In this document: positions 9,863 to 20,497 of the stretch, in pieces
Layout of the letters: every line of letters begins with the position of its first letter
How positions within the stretch are numbered: the first letter of the stretch is position 1
Assembly (NCBI GenBank): GCA_037444305.1
Contig: JBBIMP010000011.1
Span: 54,787 to 118,786 of the forward strand
Reading direction: 5' to 3'
DNA from: Acidobacteriota bacterium
GTDB taxonomy: Bacteria; Acidobacteriota; UBA6911
DNA: 64,000 nucleotides
Position numbers and translations under genes: made by a program
The notes under the pieces: generated by a model
The model's input: only the letters and a program-made list of their open reading frames with translations
The model's database searches: none
Told to the model about the DNA's origin: nothing

Positions 9863-10444
9863 TTACTCCGTGGGCATCTTCTTCTTCGTTGTGCACACAA
9901 GGACGAATTTCGCCGGATCCTTCGGGGACGACTCCTTTGCCAGGTCCTCGTACAGCTCGAGGTCGACCGTGTGGAAGAAGCCGGTGGAGATGAGATTGCT
10001 CATGAAATCCGGAATGGTCTCGCCGCGCACCGTGTGGCCCGTGAGTTTTATCTTGTCCTGCTTCTGATCCACAAGCGTCAGCCAGATAGCGGCGTCGCGG
10101 GGGAGGCTGCTGATGACGTGGTTCAGCAGCAGCACGGGGCCGGTCTGGAGGTCCTTTAGGTGCTCGATGACCTCGATCCGGCTTTCCGTGTCCTTTTTCT
10201 TGGCCTCATAGACGGCCAGCTGCTTTTTGAGACCCTGCAGGCGTTGCTCTTCCCGCCGCAGCTCGGCGGCCCTCGCGCTCAGGCCGTCCACCTGTGACTT
10301 CAGGTAGTACCAGCCGGCGCCGAGCCCCCCGACCAGCAGGAGGACATAGACCAGAAGGAGAGTGGCGACCGGCGGGATCTTGACCGGTGCCGTGGCGAGA
10401 CGTTTGCGGTCCCTTTGAGCCCGGAGCAGGTTGACCTTTATCAT
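9863..10444 (-). CDS. pilN: Type IV pilus assembly protein PilN
   Basis: MIKVNLL N-terminal motif, TM, coiled coil, LP...WLT. Confidence 0.9.
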   Translation of the reverse strand: MIKVNLLRAQRDRKRLATAPVKIPPVATLLLVYVLLLVGGLGAGWYYLKSQVDGLSARAAELRREEQRLQGLKKQLAVYEAKKKDTESRIEVIEHLKDLQTGPVLLLNHVISSLPRDAAIWLTLVDQKQDKIKLTGHTVRGETIPDFMSNLISTGFFHTVDLELYEDLAKESSPKDPAKFVLVCTTKKKMPTE

Positions 10445-10451
10445 GACGGCT

Positions 10452-11516
10452 CTATTCCTCGGTGGTTCTCATGGCCAGGCCCACGGCGATCGCCAGGTCC
10501 GGCGCACGCTCAGCGATGAATTCCGGGGGAAATCGTTTCGGATCCACTGAGATGTTGATGAATGGGTCGAACTTATCGGCCGGTATGGCAAATTTTCGGG
10601 ACAGGGTGTCCACCAGGCCCGGCGTGTGGGCCGCTCCCCCGCTGACCAGCATCCTGTCTATGTGAGCTACGGTCGAGGTGGATTTGAAGAAGTCGAAAGT
10701 CTTCTGGATCTCGAGGCAGATGATCTCGGTGACAGATTCGATGACGTGCCGCGCATCCGACGGCTGGATGCCGTCGACCGCCTCGCCGTGCTTCAGGGCC
10801 TGCGACTGGTCGAAATCCAGGTTGAATTCCTTCTGAATGAAGTCCGTGTAGTGTCGTCCGCCCACGCCCACGTCGCGGGTGAAGAGAAAATCGGTCCCGG
10901 AGACGATGTTGATGGTCATCACGCTGGCGCCTATGTCTAGCAGGGCCACGGTGTTGCGCGAGGTGGGCTCGTAGCTCTGCTCGTAGGCGTTCTGGAGGGC
11001 GAAGGCATCCACGTCGACGACCACGGGATTGAGGCCGGCCATGGAGATGACGCTGGTGTGATCGGTGACCTTGTCCTTCTTCACGGCGACCAGGAGTATG
11101 TCGAGGTTGCCCGAAGCGGCGCTCTCGCCGAGCACCTGGTAGTCGACATGCACGTCGGCGATGTCGAACGGAATGTACTGTTCGGCCTCCCAGCGGATGG
11201 ACTCGGCCAGGTCATCCTCGCTCTGGATGGGAAGCGCGATCTTCTTCACGATGACGGAATGGCCGGAAACGGAGGTGGCGATGCGCCGGTTCTTGATCCC
11301 CTGCATTTCGAATATGCGGCTGATGGCGTCCGCCGCGGGATTTTTCGAAATGATGACGCCATCCACGACGCAGTCGGAAGGCAGCGGCTCCAGGCCGAGG
11401 CTGACGAGCTCGTAGCCGCCCCGGCGAAGGGATTTCAGTTCGACCGCTTTAATGCAACTGGAGCCGATATCCAGGCCCACGACGAGTTTCTTACGGTTTA
11501 ATAGGGTCAGTGCCAT
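10452..11516 (-). CDS. pilM: Type IV pilus assembly protein PilM
   Basis: VGLDIGSS.IKAVEL, WEAEQYIPF, LDIGAS, VSGGAA, AVGLAMR. Confidence 0.95.
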   Translation of the reverse strand: MALTLLNRKKLVVGLDIGSSCIKAVELKSLRRGGYELVSLGLEPLPSDCVVDGVIISKNPAADAISRIFEMQGIKNRRIATSVSGHSVIVKKIALPIQSEDDLAESIRWEAEQYIPFDIADVHVDYQVLGESAASGNLDILLVAVKKDKVTDHTSVISMAGLNPVVVDVDAFALQNAYEQSYEPTSRNTVALLDIGASVMTINIVSGTDFLFTRDVGVGGRHYTDFIQKEFNLDFDQSQALKHGEAVDGIQPSDARHVIESVTEIICLEIQKTFDFFKSTSTVAHIDRMLVSGGAAHTPGLVDTLSRKFAIPADKFDPFINISVDPKRFPPEFIAERAPDLAIAVGLAMRTTEE

Positions 11517-11938
11517 TCGCTGTCACTTTCGGCTTTCCCTCGCGGGCGATTGCCGTCCGGAAGGCAGCCTTTGAAATTGGCATCAGAGTACTGGGGCCTC
11601 ATGACGATCGCATTCACACCGGCCGGATCTGCAACCTTCGGCGCTCCGCTCGGCGGCCGAAGGTCGCCGGCCGTCACAGGAACCTTATCGTTCGGAGCAC
11701 CCGCAAACGTTTCCTTTTTTTTCGTCTCCCCCGGGAAACGGCCGCAGGCGCGCGGACGTGCGAATTATCTGGCCCTGCCGGCGGTGATCAGGCATAATAC
11801 CCCGCCCGGCGGCGGACAAGCAGCCGCCCACGCCGCCCGCGGGCGTTTCACCCGGGGGCTCCGGGCGTGGCGCCCGCACGACGAGCCCGGTTTTGAGCGG
11901 GCGGCGCCGCGGGGGCCTCGCGGCGCGGGCAAATTCGC

Positions 11939-11967
11939 TTGACACATAGAAACCCGTTGGATAGCCT
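11939..11967 (+). promoter_or_regulatory. Candidate sigma70 promoter of the rplM operon
   Basis: TTGACA-N17-TAGCCT about 40 bp upstream of rplM. Confidence 0.55.
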
Positions 11968-12006
11968 ATGAGATTATTCTGCTGACCATCAGGTTTGGGG
12001 TGAAGA

Positions 12007-12435
12007 ATGAAGAGTTTTGTACCGAGCGTGAAGGAAATCGAGAAGGAATGGCATCTGGTGGACGCCGAGGGCCAGACTCTGGGGAGGCTGGCCACGCGCG
12101 TGGCCCGGCTGCTGACCGGGAAGGACAAGCCCGCCTACACCCCTTTCCTAGATACCGGCGACCACGTGATCATCATCAACGCGGAGAAGGTTCGACTGAG
12201 CGGCGCCAAGCTGAAGGACAAGTTCTACCGTCATCACACCGGATATCCCGGAGGGCTCAAGGAGATCTCCGCAGGCGATCTTGTGGCGAAGAAGCCCGAG
12301 AAGCTGGTGAGCGAGGCCGTGTTCGGCATGCTGCCCAAGACCAAGCTGGGCCGCGCCATGCGCAAGAAGCTGCGTGTCTATCGCGGGCCGCATCACCGGC
12401 ACCAGGCGCAACAGCCGAAGGCGCTGACGCCCTGA
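12007..12435 (+). CDS. rplM: 50S ribosomal protein L13
   Basis: [40 protein letters not shown]. Confidence 0.98.
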   Translation: MKSFVPSVKEIEKEWHLVDAEGQTLGRLATRVARLLTGKDKPAYTPFLDTGDHVIIINAEKVRLSGAKLKDKFYRHHTGYPGGLKEISAGDLVAKKPEKLVSEAVFGMLPKTKLGRAMRKKLRVYRGPHHRHQAQQPKALTP

Positions 12436-12493
12436 AAGACAGGCCGGGACCCGGGGAAGCCGTCTTCCCCCATTTGATTCAAGGAGCTTCGGT

Positions 12494-12883
12494 TTGACAG
12501 ACACTTACTACGGGACAGGGAAAAGAAAAACCTCCACCGCCCGGGTGTACCTGCTTCCTGGAACGGGCGAGATCATAGTAAACAAGCGGAGCCTCACGGA
12601 CTATTTCCGGAACGAGGTCCATCGCACCATCATCCGCTACCCGCTGATGATCACCGAAAACCTCGGGAAATTCGACGTCCGGACGACGGTGGACGGGGGC
12701 GGCGTCTCCGGACAGGCCGGCGCCATCCGGCTCGGCATCGCCAAGGCGCTGCTGGAGTTCAATGCCGAACTGAGGCCGAGGCTCAAGAAGGCGGGCCTGC
12801 TGACGCGCGATTCCCGAATCAAGGAACGCAAGAAATACGGGCAGAAGGGCGCGCGCAAGAGATTCCAGTTCTCCAAGCGGTAA
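12494..12883 (+). CDS. rpsI: 30S ribosomal protein S9
   Basis: [35 protein letters not shown]; TTG start after AAGGAG. Confidence 0.98.
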   Translation: MTDTYYGTGKRKTSTARVYLLPGTGEIIVNKRSLTDYFRNEVHRTIIRYPLMITENLGKFDVRTTVDGGGVSGQAGAIRLGIAKALLEFNAELRPRLKKAGLLTRDSRIKERKKYGQKGARKRFQFSKR

Positions 12884-12900
12884 CCTGAGGGAGGTCATAC

Positions 12901-14058
12901 TTGGTTTCCATTAATATGAAACAGCTGCTGGAGGCCGGAGTGCACTTCGGCCACCAGACCAGGCGGTGGAACCCGAAGATGAAGGAGTACATCTTCGGGG
13001 AAAGAAACGGCATTTACATCATCGACCTGCAGAAGAGCCTGCGGCTCTTCAGGAATGCGATTTCATTCGTGCACGAATTGGCTTCGCAGGGCAAGACCCT
13101 CCTCTTTCTCGGAACCAAGAGGCAGGCTCAGGATGTGATCCAGGAAGAAGCCCAGCGGTGCGGCATGTTCTATGTCAACCAGCGATGGCTCGGCGGCCTG
13201 CTGACCAATTTCACGACCATCCAGAAGAGCGTCAAGCGGTATCGCGAGCTGGAGTCGATGCGCACCAACGGGCAGTACGACCTTTTCTCCAAGAAGGAAA
13301 TCGCGCGCTACGAGCGCGAGCGCAAGAAGATGGAGAAGAACCTGTTCGGGATCAGGGAGATGAGCCAGCTGCCCGACGCCCTCTTCGTCATCGATACCAA
13401 GAAGGAAGCGATCGCGATCAAGGAAGCGCGGAAACTGGGGATCCCCATCATCGGAATCGCCGACACCAACTGCGATCCGGACGACATCGACTACCTGATC
13501 CCGGGCAACGACGATGCGTTGCGCGCCATCCGTCTGGTCACCGGGACGATCGCCCAGGCCTGCATAGACGGGAGGGCGGTCTACGAGGCCCAGCAGAAGG
13601 AAATCGCCGAGCAGATGGAGCGCCAGCGGCAGCTCCAGGCGCAACAGGCAGCGGCCGCGAGAGTGGCCGCAGCCGCAGCTGCAGCCGCGGCGGCGGCAGC
13701 CCGCAAGGCCGCCGAGGGAGCCGAAACGCCCGAGGGCCAGGCGGCAGCGGAGGAAGCCGGAGCGACCGCGCCGGCAAAGCCCAGGACTACGGTGCGCAAG
13801 ACGCTGCAGCGAAAGCCGCGCGCGAAGAAGCGGGAAGCGGGGGCCGCCGAGGCTTCGGCAGCAACGGACGATGAGGACGCCGGGAAGCAGGCGCCGCCGG
13901 CCGAAACGGCTTCCGCGGACCCGGTCGAGGCCGCGGAGGAGCCACCTGCCGGCGAAGCCGAGCCTGTTCAGGTCCAGGCGGCCGAGGAAACGGGTCCTGC
14001 CGCTCCCGGCGAAGAGGCTGCGGCACCGGAGAGCGACCAGGAAAGCGTGGGCGGCTAG
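12901..14058 (+). CDS. rpsB: 30S ribosomal protein S2 with long Ala/Glu-rich C-terminal extension
   Basis: [41 protein letters not shown]; TTG start after GGAGG. Confidence 0.97.
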   Translation: MVSINMKQLLEAGVHFGHQTRRWNPKMKEYIFGERNGIYIIDLQKSLRLFRNAISFVHELASQGKTLLFLGTKRQAQDVIQEEAQRCGMFYVNQRWLGGLLTNFTTIQKSVKRYRELESMRTNGQYDLFSKKEIARYERERKKMEKNLFGIREMSQLPDALFVIDTKKEAIAIKEARKLGIPIIGIADTNCDPDDIDYLIPGNDDALRAIRLVTGTIAQACIDGRAVYEAQQKEIAEQMERQRQLQAQQAAAARVAAAAAAAAAAAARKAAEGAETPEGQAAAEEAGATAPAKPRTTVRKTLQRKPRAKKREAGAAEASAATDDEDAGKQAPPAETASADPVEAAEEPPAGEAEPVQVQAAEETGPAAPGEEAAAPESDQESVGG

Positions 14059-14209
14059 CCGCCGGCGCGTTTCCGCCCAATCCATATTTCAACATTAATA
14101 TAGCGCGGCCCCTGCCCAGGGGCCGTTCTGCCATTCCGCACCTCGGATTGTCGATCAGGACCGCGCGAGGGGCGAGCGACCGCAGACAGACCGAGTTGGG
14201 AGATCAGAC

Positions 14210-14800
14210 ATGACCATTTCTGCAGAACTCGTCAAGGAACTACGCGAAAAGACCGGCGTCGGCTTCATGGAGTGCAAGACCGCACTCCAGGAAGCCAAGG
14301 GAGACCTCGAAAGCGCCATCACACTGCTACGCAAGAAAGGGCTGGCCTCGGTGGCCAAAAAGGCCGGGCGCGAGACCAAGGACGGCCTCATCGGCTCCTA
14401 TGTCCACAACGGCAAAATCGGCGTGATGGTGGAGGTCAACTGCGAGACCGATTTCGTGGCCCGCAACCCCGAATTCCAGGCGCTCGTCAAGGACATCGCC
14501 ATGCACATCGCGGCCAGCGACCCGCGCTTCGTCCGCAGGGAAGAGGTGACCCAAGAGGTGCTTGCCCACGAGCGCGAAATCTACCGCGCCCAGGCTCGCG
14601 CCACGGGCAAACCCGAGAATGTGCTCGACAAGATTGTCGAGGGACGCATGGCCAAGTTTTTTGCTGAAACCTGCCTGCTGGAACAGCCCTTCGTGAAGAA
14701 TCCCGATCTTACGGTGCAGGAACTCATCGCCGGGCACATTCAGAAGATCGGCGAAAACATCCGGGTGCGCCGTTTCGTCCGCTTCAAGCTGGGAGACTGA
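14210..14800 (+). CDS. tsf: Elongation factor Ts (short form)
   Basis: [34 protein letters not shown]. Confidence 0.97.
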   Translation: MTISAELVKELREKTGVGFMECKTALQEAKGDLESAITLLRKKGLASVAKKAGRETKDGLIGSYVHNGKIGVMVEVNCETDFVARNPEFQALVKDIAMHIAASDPRFVRREEVTQEVLAHEREIYRAQARATGKPENVLDKIVEGRMAKFFAETCLLEQPFVKNPDLTVQELIAGHIQKIGENIRVRRFVRFKLGD

Positions 14801-14827
14801 GCGGCGGAGCGGGCCACAGGAGGAACC

Positions 14828-15559
14828 ATGGTGGCAGAAGCCGTTGACAAGCCTCGTTACGGCCGTATCCTGCTGAAGCTCAGCGGCGAAGCCCTCATGG
14901 GCGAGCAGGGCTTCGGCGTAGATCCGCGCATGGCGGACCGCATCGCGGAGGAGATTCAGGAAATCCACGCCATCGGCGTCCAGATCGCCGCGACGATCGG
15001 CGGCGGCAACATCATCAGGGGAATCGCCGTAAGCGCTGCCGGCATGGACCGGGTCAGCGGCGATTACATGGGCATGCTGGCGACCGTCATCAACGCCCTG
15101 GCCCTGCAAAACGCCCTGGAAAAGCGGGGCGTGCACACGCGGGTGCAGTCGGCCATCGAAATGCGGGAGGTGGCCGAACCCTACATCCGCCGTCGCGCCA
15201 TCCGCCACCTGGAAAAGGGCAGGGTCGTCATCTTCGCCGCCGGCACGGGCAATCCTTACTTTTCCACCGACACCGCCGCCGCGCTCCGGGCAATCGAGAT
15301 CGGAGCGGAAGCCATTCTCAAGGCGACGAAGGTCGACGGCATCTACGATTCCGACCCCAAATCCAACCCGTCGGCCAAGATGCTGAGGGAACTCACCTAC
15401 CTCGAAGTGCTGGAGAAAGGACTGAGGGTGATGGATACCACCGCGGTCACCCTCTGCATGGAAAACCAGCTTCCCATACTGGTCTTCAACCTGCTTCGCC
15501 ATGGTAATATCAGGAACGTCATCCTGGGGCTGGCCGAAGGTTCGATCATACGCGCGTAG
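14828..15559 (+). CDS. pyrH: Uridylate kinase
   Basis: [38 protein letters not shown]. Confidence 0.97.
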   Translation: MVAEAVDKPRYGRILLKLSGEALMGEQGFGVDPRMADRIAEEIQEIHAIGVQIAATIGGGNIIRGIAVSAAGMDRVSGDYMGMLATVINALALQNALEKRGVHTRVQSAIEMREVAEPYIRRRAIRHLEKGRVVIFAAGTGNPYFSTDTAAALRAIEIGAEAILKATKVDGIYDSDPKSNPSAKMLRELTYLEVLEKGLRVMDTTAVTLCMENQLPILVFNLLRHGNIRNVILGLAEGSIIRA

Positions 15560-15613
15560 GAGTTCTGCTTCGGGATCGGGGAGTGCGGATCCCAACGACA
15601 AGGAGAGAGCCAA

Positions 15614-16171
15614 ATGATCCGTGAGACGCTGGACACCACCAAAAAGAGAATGGGCAAGTGCATCGAAGACATGCAGAGAAGTCTGGGAGCCATCCGCACG
15701 GGCCGCGCATCGCTGAGCATCCTCGACCACATCCAGGCCAACTATTACGGCACTCAAACGCCCCTGAATCAGATCGCTTCTCTGTCGACGCCGGAACCGA
15801 GCATGATCCTGATCCAGCCCTGGGATCCGTCCACGATCCCGAACATCGAGAAGGCGATCCTCACCTCCGACCTGGGATTGAACCCGACCAATGACGGTAA
15901 GGTGATTCGCCTGCCCATCCCCCCGCTCACCGAAGAGCGGCGCAAACAGTTGGCGAAAAACGTAGGGCACATTGCCGAGCAGCACCGCGTCGCCGTCCGG
16001 CAGGTTCGCCAGGACGCCAATCACCAGCTCAAGTCGATGCTGAAGGAAAAGGCGGTCTCGGAGGATGAGGAGAAAGATGCGCTCAAGAAGGTCCAGGACC
16101 TGACGAACGAGTTCATCGAAAAGGTCGACGCCCTAATGAAGCAGAAGGAAGCCGAAATCCTGGAGATCTGA
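15614..16171 (+). CDS. frr: Ribosome recycling factor
   Basis: IRTGRA, IQPWD, LGLNP.NDG, PPLTEERRK. Confidence 0.97.
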   Translation: MIRETLDTTKKRMGKCIEDMQRSLGAIRTGRASLSILDHIQANYYGTQTPLNQIASLSTPEPSMILIQPWDPSTIPNIEKAILTSDLGLNPTNDGKVIRLPIPPLTEERRKQLAKNVGHIAEQHRVAVRQVRQDANHQLKSMLKEKAVSEDEEKDALKKVQDLTNEFIEKVDALMKQKEAEILEI

Positions 16172-16376
16172 TTTTCCGGCCGCACGGGCGGCGGGCCCCG
16201 GCCCCCGCCGCGGCGGATGCGGAATCCCCGGATTTAGGATCGTGGCTGTCCCTCAGGAGAAACCGCCGATCCCCTACACGTGCCAGGGTTCGAGTCGAAT
16301 CCGCCGCCGACCGGAACGGCTCGGGCCGGAGCCCTGTGTGCCCACCCGTCCCGCCGCCGGCGCCGCGGATCAAGGG

Positions 16377-16405
16377 TTGATATGCCGCAAAACCTCCGCT
16401 ACCAT
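16377..16405 (+). promoter_or_regulatory. Candidate sigma70 promoter of efp-speA
   Basis: TTGATA-N17-TACCAT upstream of efp ATG16442. Confidence 0.55.
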
Positions 16406-16441
16406 AATGCGTTTATCAATACGAATTTGAGGCTTATCTCG

Positions 16442-17005
16442 ATGATCTCTGCAACACAAATCAAGCGCGGCATGACCATCAAGCTCAACGGCGAGCTGTA
16501 CCGGGTCTTCTCCTTCCAGCACATCACCCCGGGCAACTGGCGGGGAATGGTGCAGACCAAGCTGAGGTCCGTGAAATCGGGCTCCATCATCGAACATCGG
16601 TTCCGCTCCGAAGACCGGATCGAGCGGGCCTTCCTCGAAACCCACGAAATGGAGTACCTGTACTCGGACGGGACCGACCATCATTTCATGAACACCGAAT
16701 CCTTCGAGCAGATTCACCTGTCCGCCGAAATTCTCGAGGATGCCATCCCCTTCCTGATCCCCAACCTCCGGATCCAGGTGGAATTCTACGAAGGAAAACC
16801 GATCGGCATCACGCTGCCGGGATCGGTGGAGCTCAAGATCGTGGCGACGGAACCGGCGCTGAAGGGGGCCACCGTCAGCAACGTGAACAAACCCGCGACG
16901 ATGGAAACGGGGCTGGTTGTGCAGGTGCCCCCTTTCATCAACGAGGGGGAGATGATCCGGGTGGATACCAGCGACGGGAAGTACCTCGAGCGAGTCAAAA
17001 ACTAA
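16442..17005 (+). CDS. efp: Translation elongation factor P (PGNWR loop)
   Basis: EYLYSDG..HFMN.ESFEQ, KPATMETG..VQVP.FI..GE.I.VDT..G.Y..R. Confidence 0.95.
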   Translation: MISATQIKRGMTIKLNGELYRVFSFQHITPGNWRGMVQTKLRSVKSGSIIEHRFRSEDRIERAFLETHEMEYLYSDGTDHHFMNTESFEQIHLSAEILEDAIPFLIPNLRIQVEFYEGKPIGITLPGSVELKIVATEPALKGATVSNVNKPATMETGLVVQVPPFINEGEMIRVDTSDGKYLERVKN

Positions 17006-17030
17006 CCTTCCTGCTCTGGGGGACGGTTTG

Positions 17031-18947
17031 ATGAGAGAATCGAGTCAAAGCCTGAGGCTCTCACCCAGCGAGATACCGAACCGCGTCTACGGGGTGGAGA
17101 ACTGGGGTGCCGGGTTTTTCAACGTCAACGAGCAGGGAAACCTCACCATCCACCCAACCCGAAATCCGCTGATGGGTCTCGAGATGGTCTCTCTGGTCAA
17201 CACCCTGTTGCACAGAAAAATTGGCGCACCGTTCCTGCTGCGCTTCCCTCAGATTCTGGATACGCTGATGAAGGAATTCCACGAATCCTTCCGCAACTCC
17301 ATTGCCGAATACGGGTATCCGGCCCGGCACCTGGGCGTCTACCCGATGAAGGTCAACCAGAAACGCAGCGTGGCGGAGCGCCTGCTCACGGCGGGACACA
17401 AGTACGAATACGGCCTCGAAGTCGGGACAAAAGCGGAGCTGGCCGCTGCAATGACGCTCCCCATCCACCCCAACGCCCTCCTGGTATGCAACGGAGTGAA
17501 GGACCGGCGTTACCTGGAACTGGCGATGAAGGCCGCGCACATCGGCAAGAATCCCGTGATCGTCATGGAGGGCGTGGACGACCTGGCCAAGATCGTGGAG
17601 GTGAGCCGTGCGATCGGCCTGAGCCCGACGGTCGGCGTGCGCGTGCGCGTCTTCTCGCGCGGCGCGGGCAAATGGGAGGAATCGGGCGGGGAAACCTCCA
17701 AATTCGGCATCAACACGATCCAGCTCCTGGATTGCCTGGGCCAGGCGCAGCGGAGTCATCTGGAGCGGAAGCTGAAAATGCTGCATTTTCACATCGGTTC
17801 GCAGATCACCGACATCCGCCGGATAAAAAGCGCCATCAAGGAAGCGGCCCGGGTGTATGCAAAAGTGCACAAGATGGGCTACCCGGTGGTATACCTCAAC
17901 GTCGGCGGCGGGCTCGGGGTGGATTACGACGGGAGCCGCACGGCCTCGGATTGCAGCGTCAACTACAGCATGCAGGAGTTTGCCAACGACATCGTCTACA
18001 CTATCAACGAGATCTGCCAGTCCGAGAATGTCCCGCCCCCGACCATCGTCACGGAGAGCGGCCGCGCGCTGACTGCCCATCACGCCGTGTTCCTGACCAA
18101 CGTGATCCGCATCCTGAATCCCGGGCTGGGAGGCACCGAGATCAGCCCCTCGAAGGTCGATTCCGAAGTGGTGCTCGAGATGGTCGACCTGCACAAGGAG
18201 ATCAACCAGAAGAACTTCCGCGAGTACTACCATGATGCCCTGCAGCACCGGGAGGAACTCCAGTCCCTGTTCAACCTGGGCTACCTGAACCTGCAGAACC
18301 GGGCGCATGGAGAGTGGCTGTTCTGGGAGATCTGCCGCAAGGCGATCAAGTACTCCCGCCTGATGAAGGAAAGGCCCGAGGAGTTCATCGACCTGGAGAA
18401 CATCCTCGCGAGCAAGTACATCTGCAACTTCTCGGTTTTCCAGTCCGCTCCCGACACCTGGGCGATGGATCAGCTCTTCCCCATCATTCCCATCACCCGG
18501 CTGACAGAGGAGCCCGCCGAACGAGCCACCCTGTGCGACATCACCTGCGACTCCGACGGCCAGATCGACAAGTTCGTGGATCTGCGCGATGTGAAGCAGG
18601 CGCTCGAGCTGCACAGCGCCGGTCAGGAGCCTTACTACCTGGCCGTGCCGCTGGTAGGCGCCTATCAGGAGGCGCTCGGAATGAACCACAACCTCCTGGG
18701 CACCGTCAATGAGGCGCATTTCCTGGTCGACGATCAGGGCCGGCCCCACCTGGACAAGGTGGTTCGCGGGGAAACGCTGGGGCATGTCCTGCAGGGTGCC
18801 GGGTACGACCTCGAGACCCTGGTGGAGAGATTTGCGGATTCGCTGCGCGCCGCCGAGGGGCAGAGCCGGATCACGGCGGAAGCCAGCCGTGAGCTCGCCG
18901 ACTACTACCGCAGCGCGCTGGACAGCTACACCTATATGGAGGACTGA
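17031..18947 (+). CDS. speA: Biosynthetic arginine decarboxylase
   Basis: YPMKVNQ PLP lysine, GLEVGTK, HFHIGSQI, GGGLGVDYDG, ESGRALTAHH, NFSVFQS.PD.W, DITCDSDG. Confidence 0.95.
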   Translation: MRESSQSLRLSPSEIPNRVYGVENWGAGFFNVNEQGNLTIHPTRNPLMGLEMVSLVNTLLHRKIGAPFLLRFPQILDTLMKEFHESFRNSIAEYGYPARHLGVYPMKVNQKRSVAERLLTAGHKYEYGLEVGTKAELAAAMTLPIHPNALLVCNGVKDRRYLELAMKAAHIGKNPVIVMEGVDDLAKIVEVSRAIGLSPTVGVRVRVFSRGAGKWEESGGETSKFGINTIQLLDCLGQAQRSHLERKLKMLHFHIGSQITDIRRIKSAIKEAARVYAKVHKMGYPVVYLNVGGGLGVDYDGSRTASDCSVNYSMQEFANDIVYTINEICQSENVPPPTIVTESGRALTAHHAVFLTNVIRILNPGLGGTEISPSKVDSEVVLEMVDLHKEINQKNFREYYHDALQHREELQSLFNLGYLNLQNRAHGEWLFWEICRKAIKYSRLMKERPEEFIDLENILASKYICNFSVFQSAPDTWAMDQLFPIIPITRLTEEPAERATLCDITCDSDGQIDKFVDLRDVKQALELHSAGQEPYYLAVPLVGAYQEALGMNHNLLGTVNEAHFLVDDQGRPHLDKVVRGETLGHVLQGAGYDLETLVERFADSLRAAEGQSRITAEASRELADYYRSALDSYTYMED

Positions 18948-18997
18948 GCCTCGAGGTTTCTGTCCGCGGGCGGAGCCCGAGGTCCCGCGGCGCGGAA

Positions 18998-20398
18998 TCA
19001 GCCGGTTGCGTCGGCCTCCATTCCCATCCGTTTCAGCTTTTCCACGAAGGTCGTGCGTTTCAACCCCAGGAGCGAGGCCGCCTTCTTCTTGTTCCGGCCG
19101 GCATACTCGAGGCTTCTGAGGATGAGCTTCCGCTCCAGCTCGGAGATCATGCCGTTGAAATCCACGCCGTCCTCCGTGATTTCAATGTCCTGCACCGATT
19201 CCAGGTTCCGGGCCGAGCTCGCAGCCACGGGAAAATCCTCGATGTCGAGGCGATCCCGGTCGCCGGAAAGAGCCACGCCCATTTCCATTGCGTTCTCCAG
19301 CTGCCGGATGTTGCCGGGCCATTCATAGGCCATCAGGCACTTGACGGCATCGTGGGAGATCCGCTTGAGCGGGACCTCCTGATCGGAACAGAACTTCTTG
19401 AGGAAATGCGCGGCCAGCAGCGGAATGTCCTCCCTGCGTTCCCGCAGCGGAGCCAGGTGGATGGGGATGACGTTCAGCCGGTAGTAGAGGTCTTCCCGGA
19501 ACTCGCCCTTGCGCACCAGGTCTTCCAGGGCGCCGTTGGTCGCCGCGATGATGCGGACATTCACCTTGACGGTGCCCGTGGCCCCCAGCTTCTGGAATTC
19601 GCGTTCCTGCAGGACCCTCAGCAGCTTTACCTGCAGATCCGGCGGCATGTTGGAGATCTCGTCCAGAAAGAGGGTTCCGTTGTGGGCTTCCTCAAACCTG
19701 CCTACCCGGTGCTGCTGCGCCCCGGTGAATGCCCCCTTGACGTGCCCGAAAAGCTCATCCTCCAGCAGGTTTGCCGGCAGGGCGCCGCAGTTCACGCATA
19801 CCATCGGTTTGTCCCTGCGCGGACCGTTGTAATGAATGGCGCGGGCAATCACCTCCTTGCCGGTGCCGGTTTCCCCCGTGATGAGAATGGTGCTGGTCTT
19901 GGGCGCCACCAGGCTCACCATCCGGGATACCTGCTGCATGGCAGGGCTGTTTCCAATCAGGTTGGAGAACTGATAGCGCTGCTGCAGTTCCGACCGCAGC
20001 AGCGAGTTCTCGAATCTCAGCCGCCGGTCCTTCAGCCCCTTTTCCACCCGCATGGCCATCTCTTCGAGCTGAAAAGGCTTGGGGAGGTAATCATACGCGC
20101 CCGTGCGGATCGCATCGACGGCCGTCCGTATGTTCCCGAATCCGGTCATGATGATCACGATCGTTTCGGGAAAAATGGAGAGCGCCTCTTCCAGGACCTT
20201 TTCCCCGGGGGCCCCGGGCAAGCGCAGATCCGTGATGACCACATCATAGGCGTGCTGCCGGATCATCTGGATCGCACCGGCGCCATCGGCAGCTTCTTCC
20301 ACCTTGAACCCCTTCCCCTCAAGGGTCTGCCGGACAATCTCCCGCATGTAATCTTCGTCGTCGACCACCAGGACTTTGACGTTTTCTAAACCCTCCAT
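18998..20398 (-). CDS. Sigma54-dependent response regulator (REC-AAA+-HTH), FleQ/FlrA-like
   Basis: VDDE..TD receiver, GETGTGKE, GAFTGA, WPGNIRQL, HTH ending LKRTTFVEKLKR; divergent from the flagellar cluster. Confidence 0.85.
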   Translation of the reverse strand: MEGLENVKVLVVDDEDYMREIVRQTLEGKGFKVEEAADGAGAIQMIRQHAYDVVITDLRLPGAPGEKVLEEALSIFPETIVIIMTGFGNIRTAVDAIRTGAYDYLPKPFQLEEMAMRVEKGLKDRRLRFENSLLRSELQQRYQFSNLIGNSPAMQQVSRMVSLVAPKTSTILITGETGTGKEVIARAIHYNGPRRDKPMVCVNCGALPANLLEDELFGHVKGAFTGAQQHRVGRFEEAHNGTLFLDEISNMPPDLQVKLLRVLQEREFQKLGATGTVKVNVRIIAATNGALEDLVRKGEFREDLYYRLNVIPIHLAPLRERREDIPLLAAHFLKKFCSDQEVPLKRISHDAVKCLMAYEWPGNIRQLENAMEMGVALSGDRDRLDIEDFPVAASSARNLESVQDIEITEDGVDFNGMISELERKLILRSLEYAGRNKKKAASLLGLKRTTFVEKLKRMGMEADATG

Positions 20399-20481
20399 GC
20401 GCGTTCCCCCCTCAGCGGCACTTCCGTACCGTCAAATCACGGCCAAAAAACTCACACAGACTCCTGGAAATGAGACTTAAA

Positions 20482-20497
20482 TTTGACAGCTGTCAAA
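20482..20497. promoter_or_regulatory. Perfect 16-bp palindrome, candidate regulator site
   Basis: TTTGACAGCTGTCAAA in the divergent intergenic region. Confidence 0.5.

Noticed and set aside
13660-13705. GCC/GCA/GCG triplet run resembling a repeat array
   Set aside because: It is the poly-Ala tract of rpsB.
16280-16310. GGTTCGAGTC resembling a tRNA T-loop
   Set aside because: The flanks do not form a T-stem and no cloverleaf can be built.
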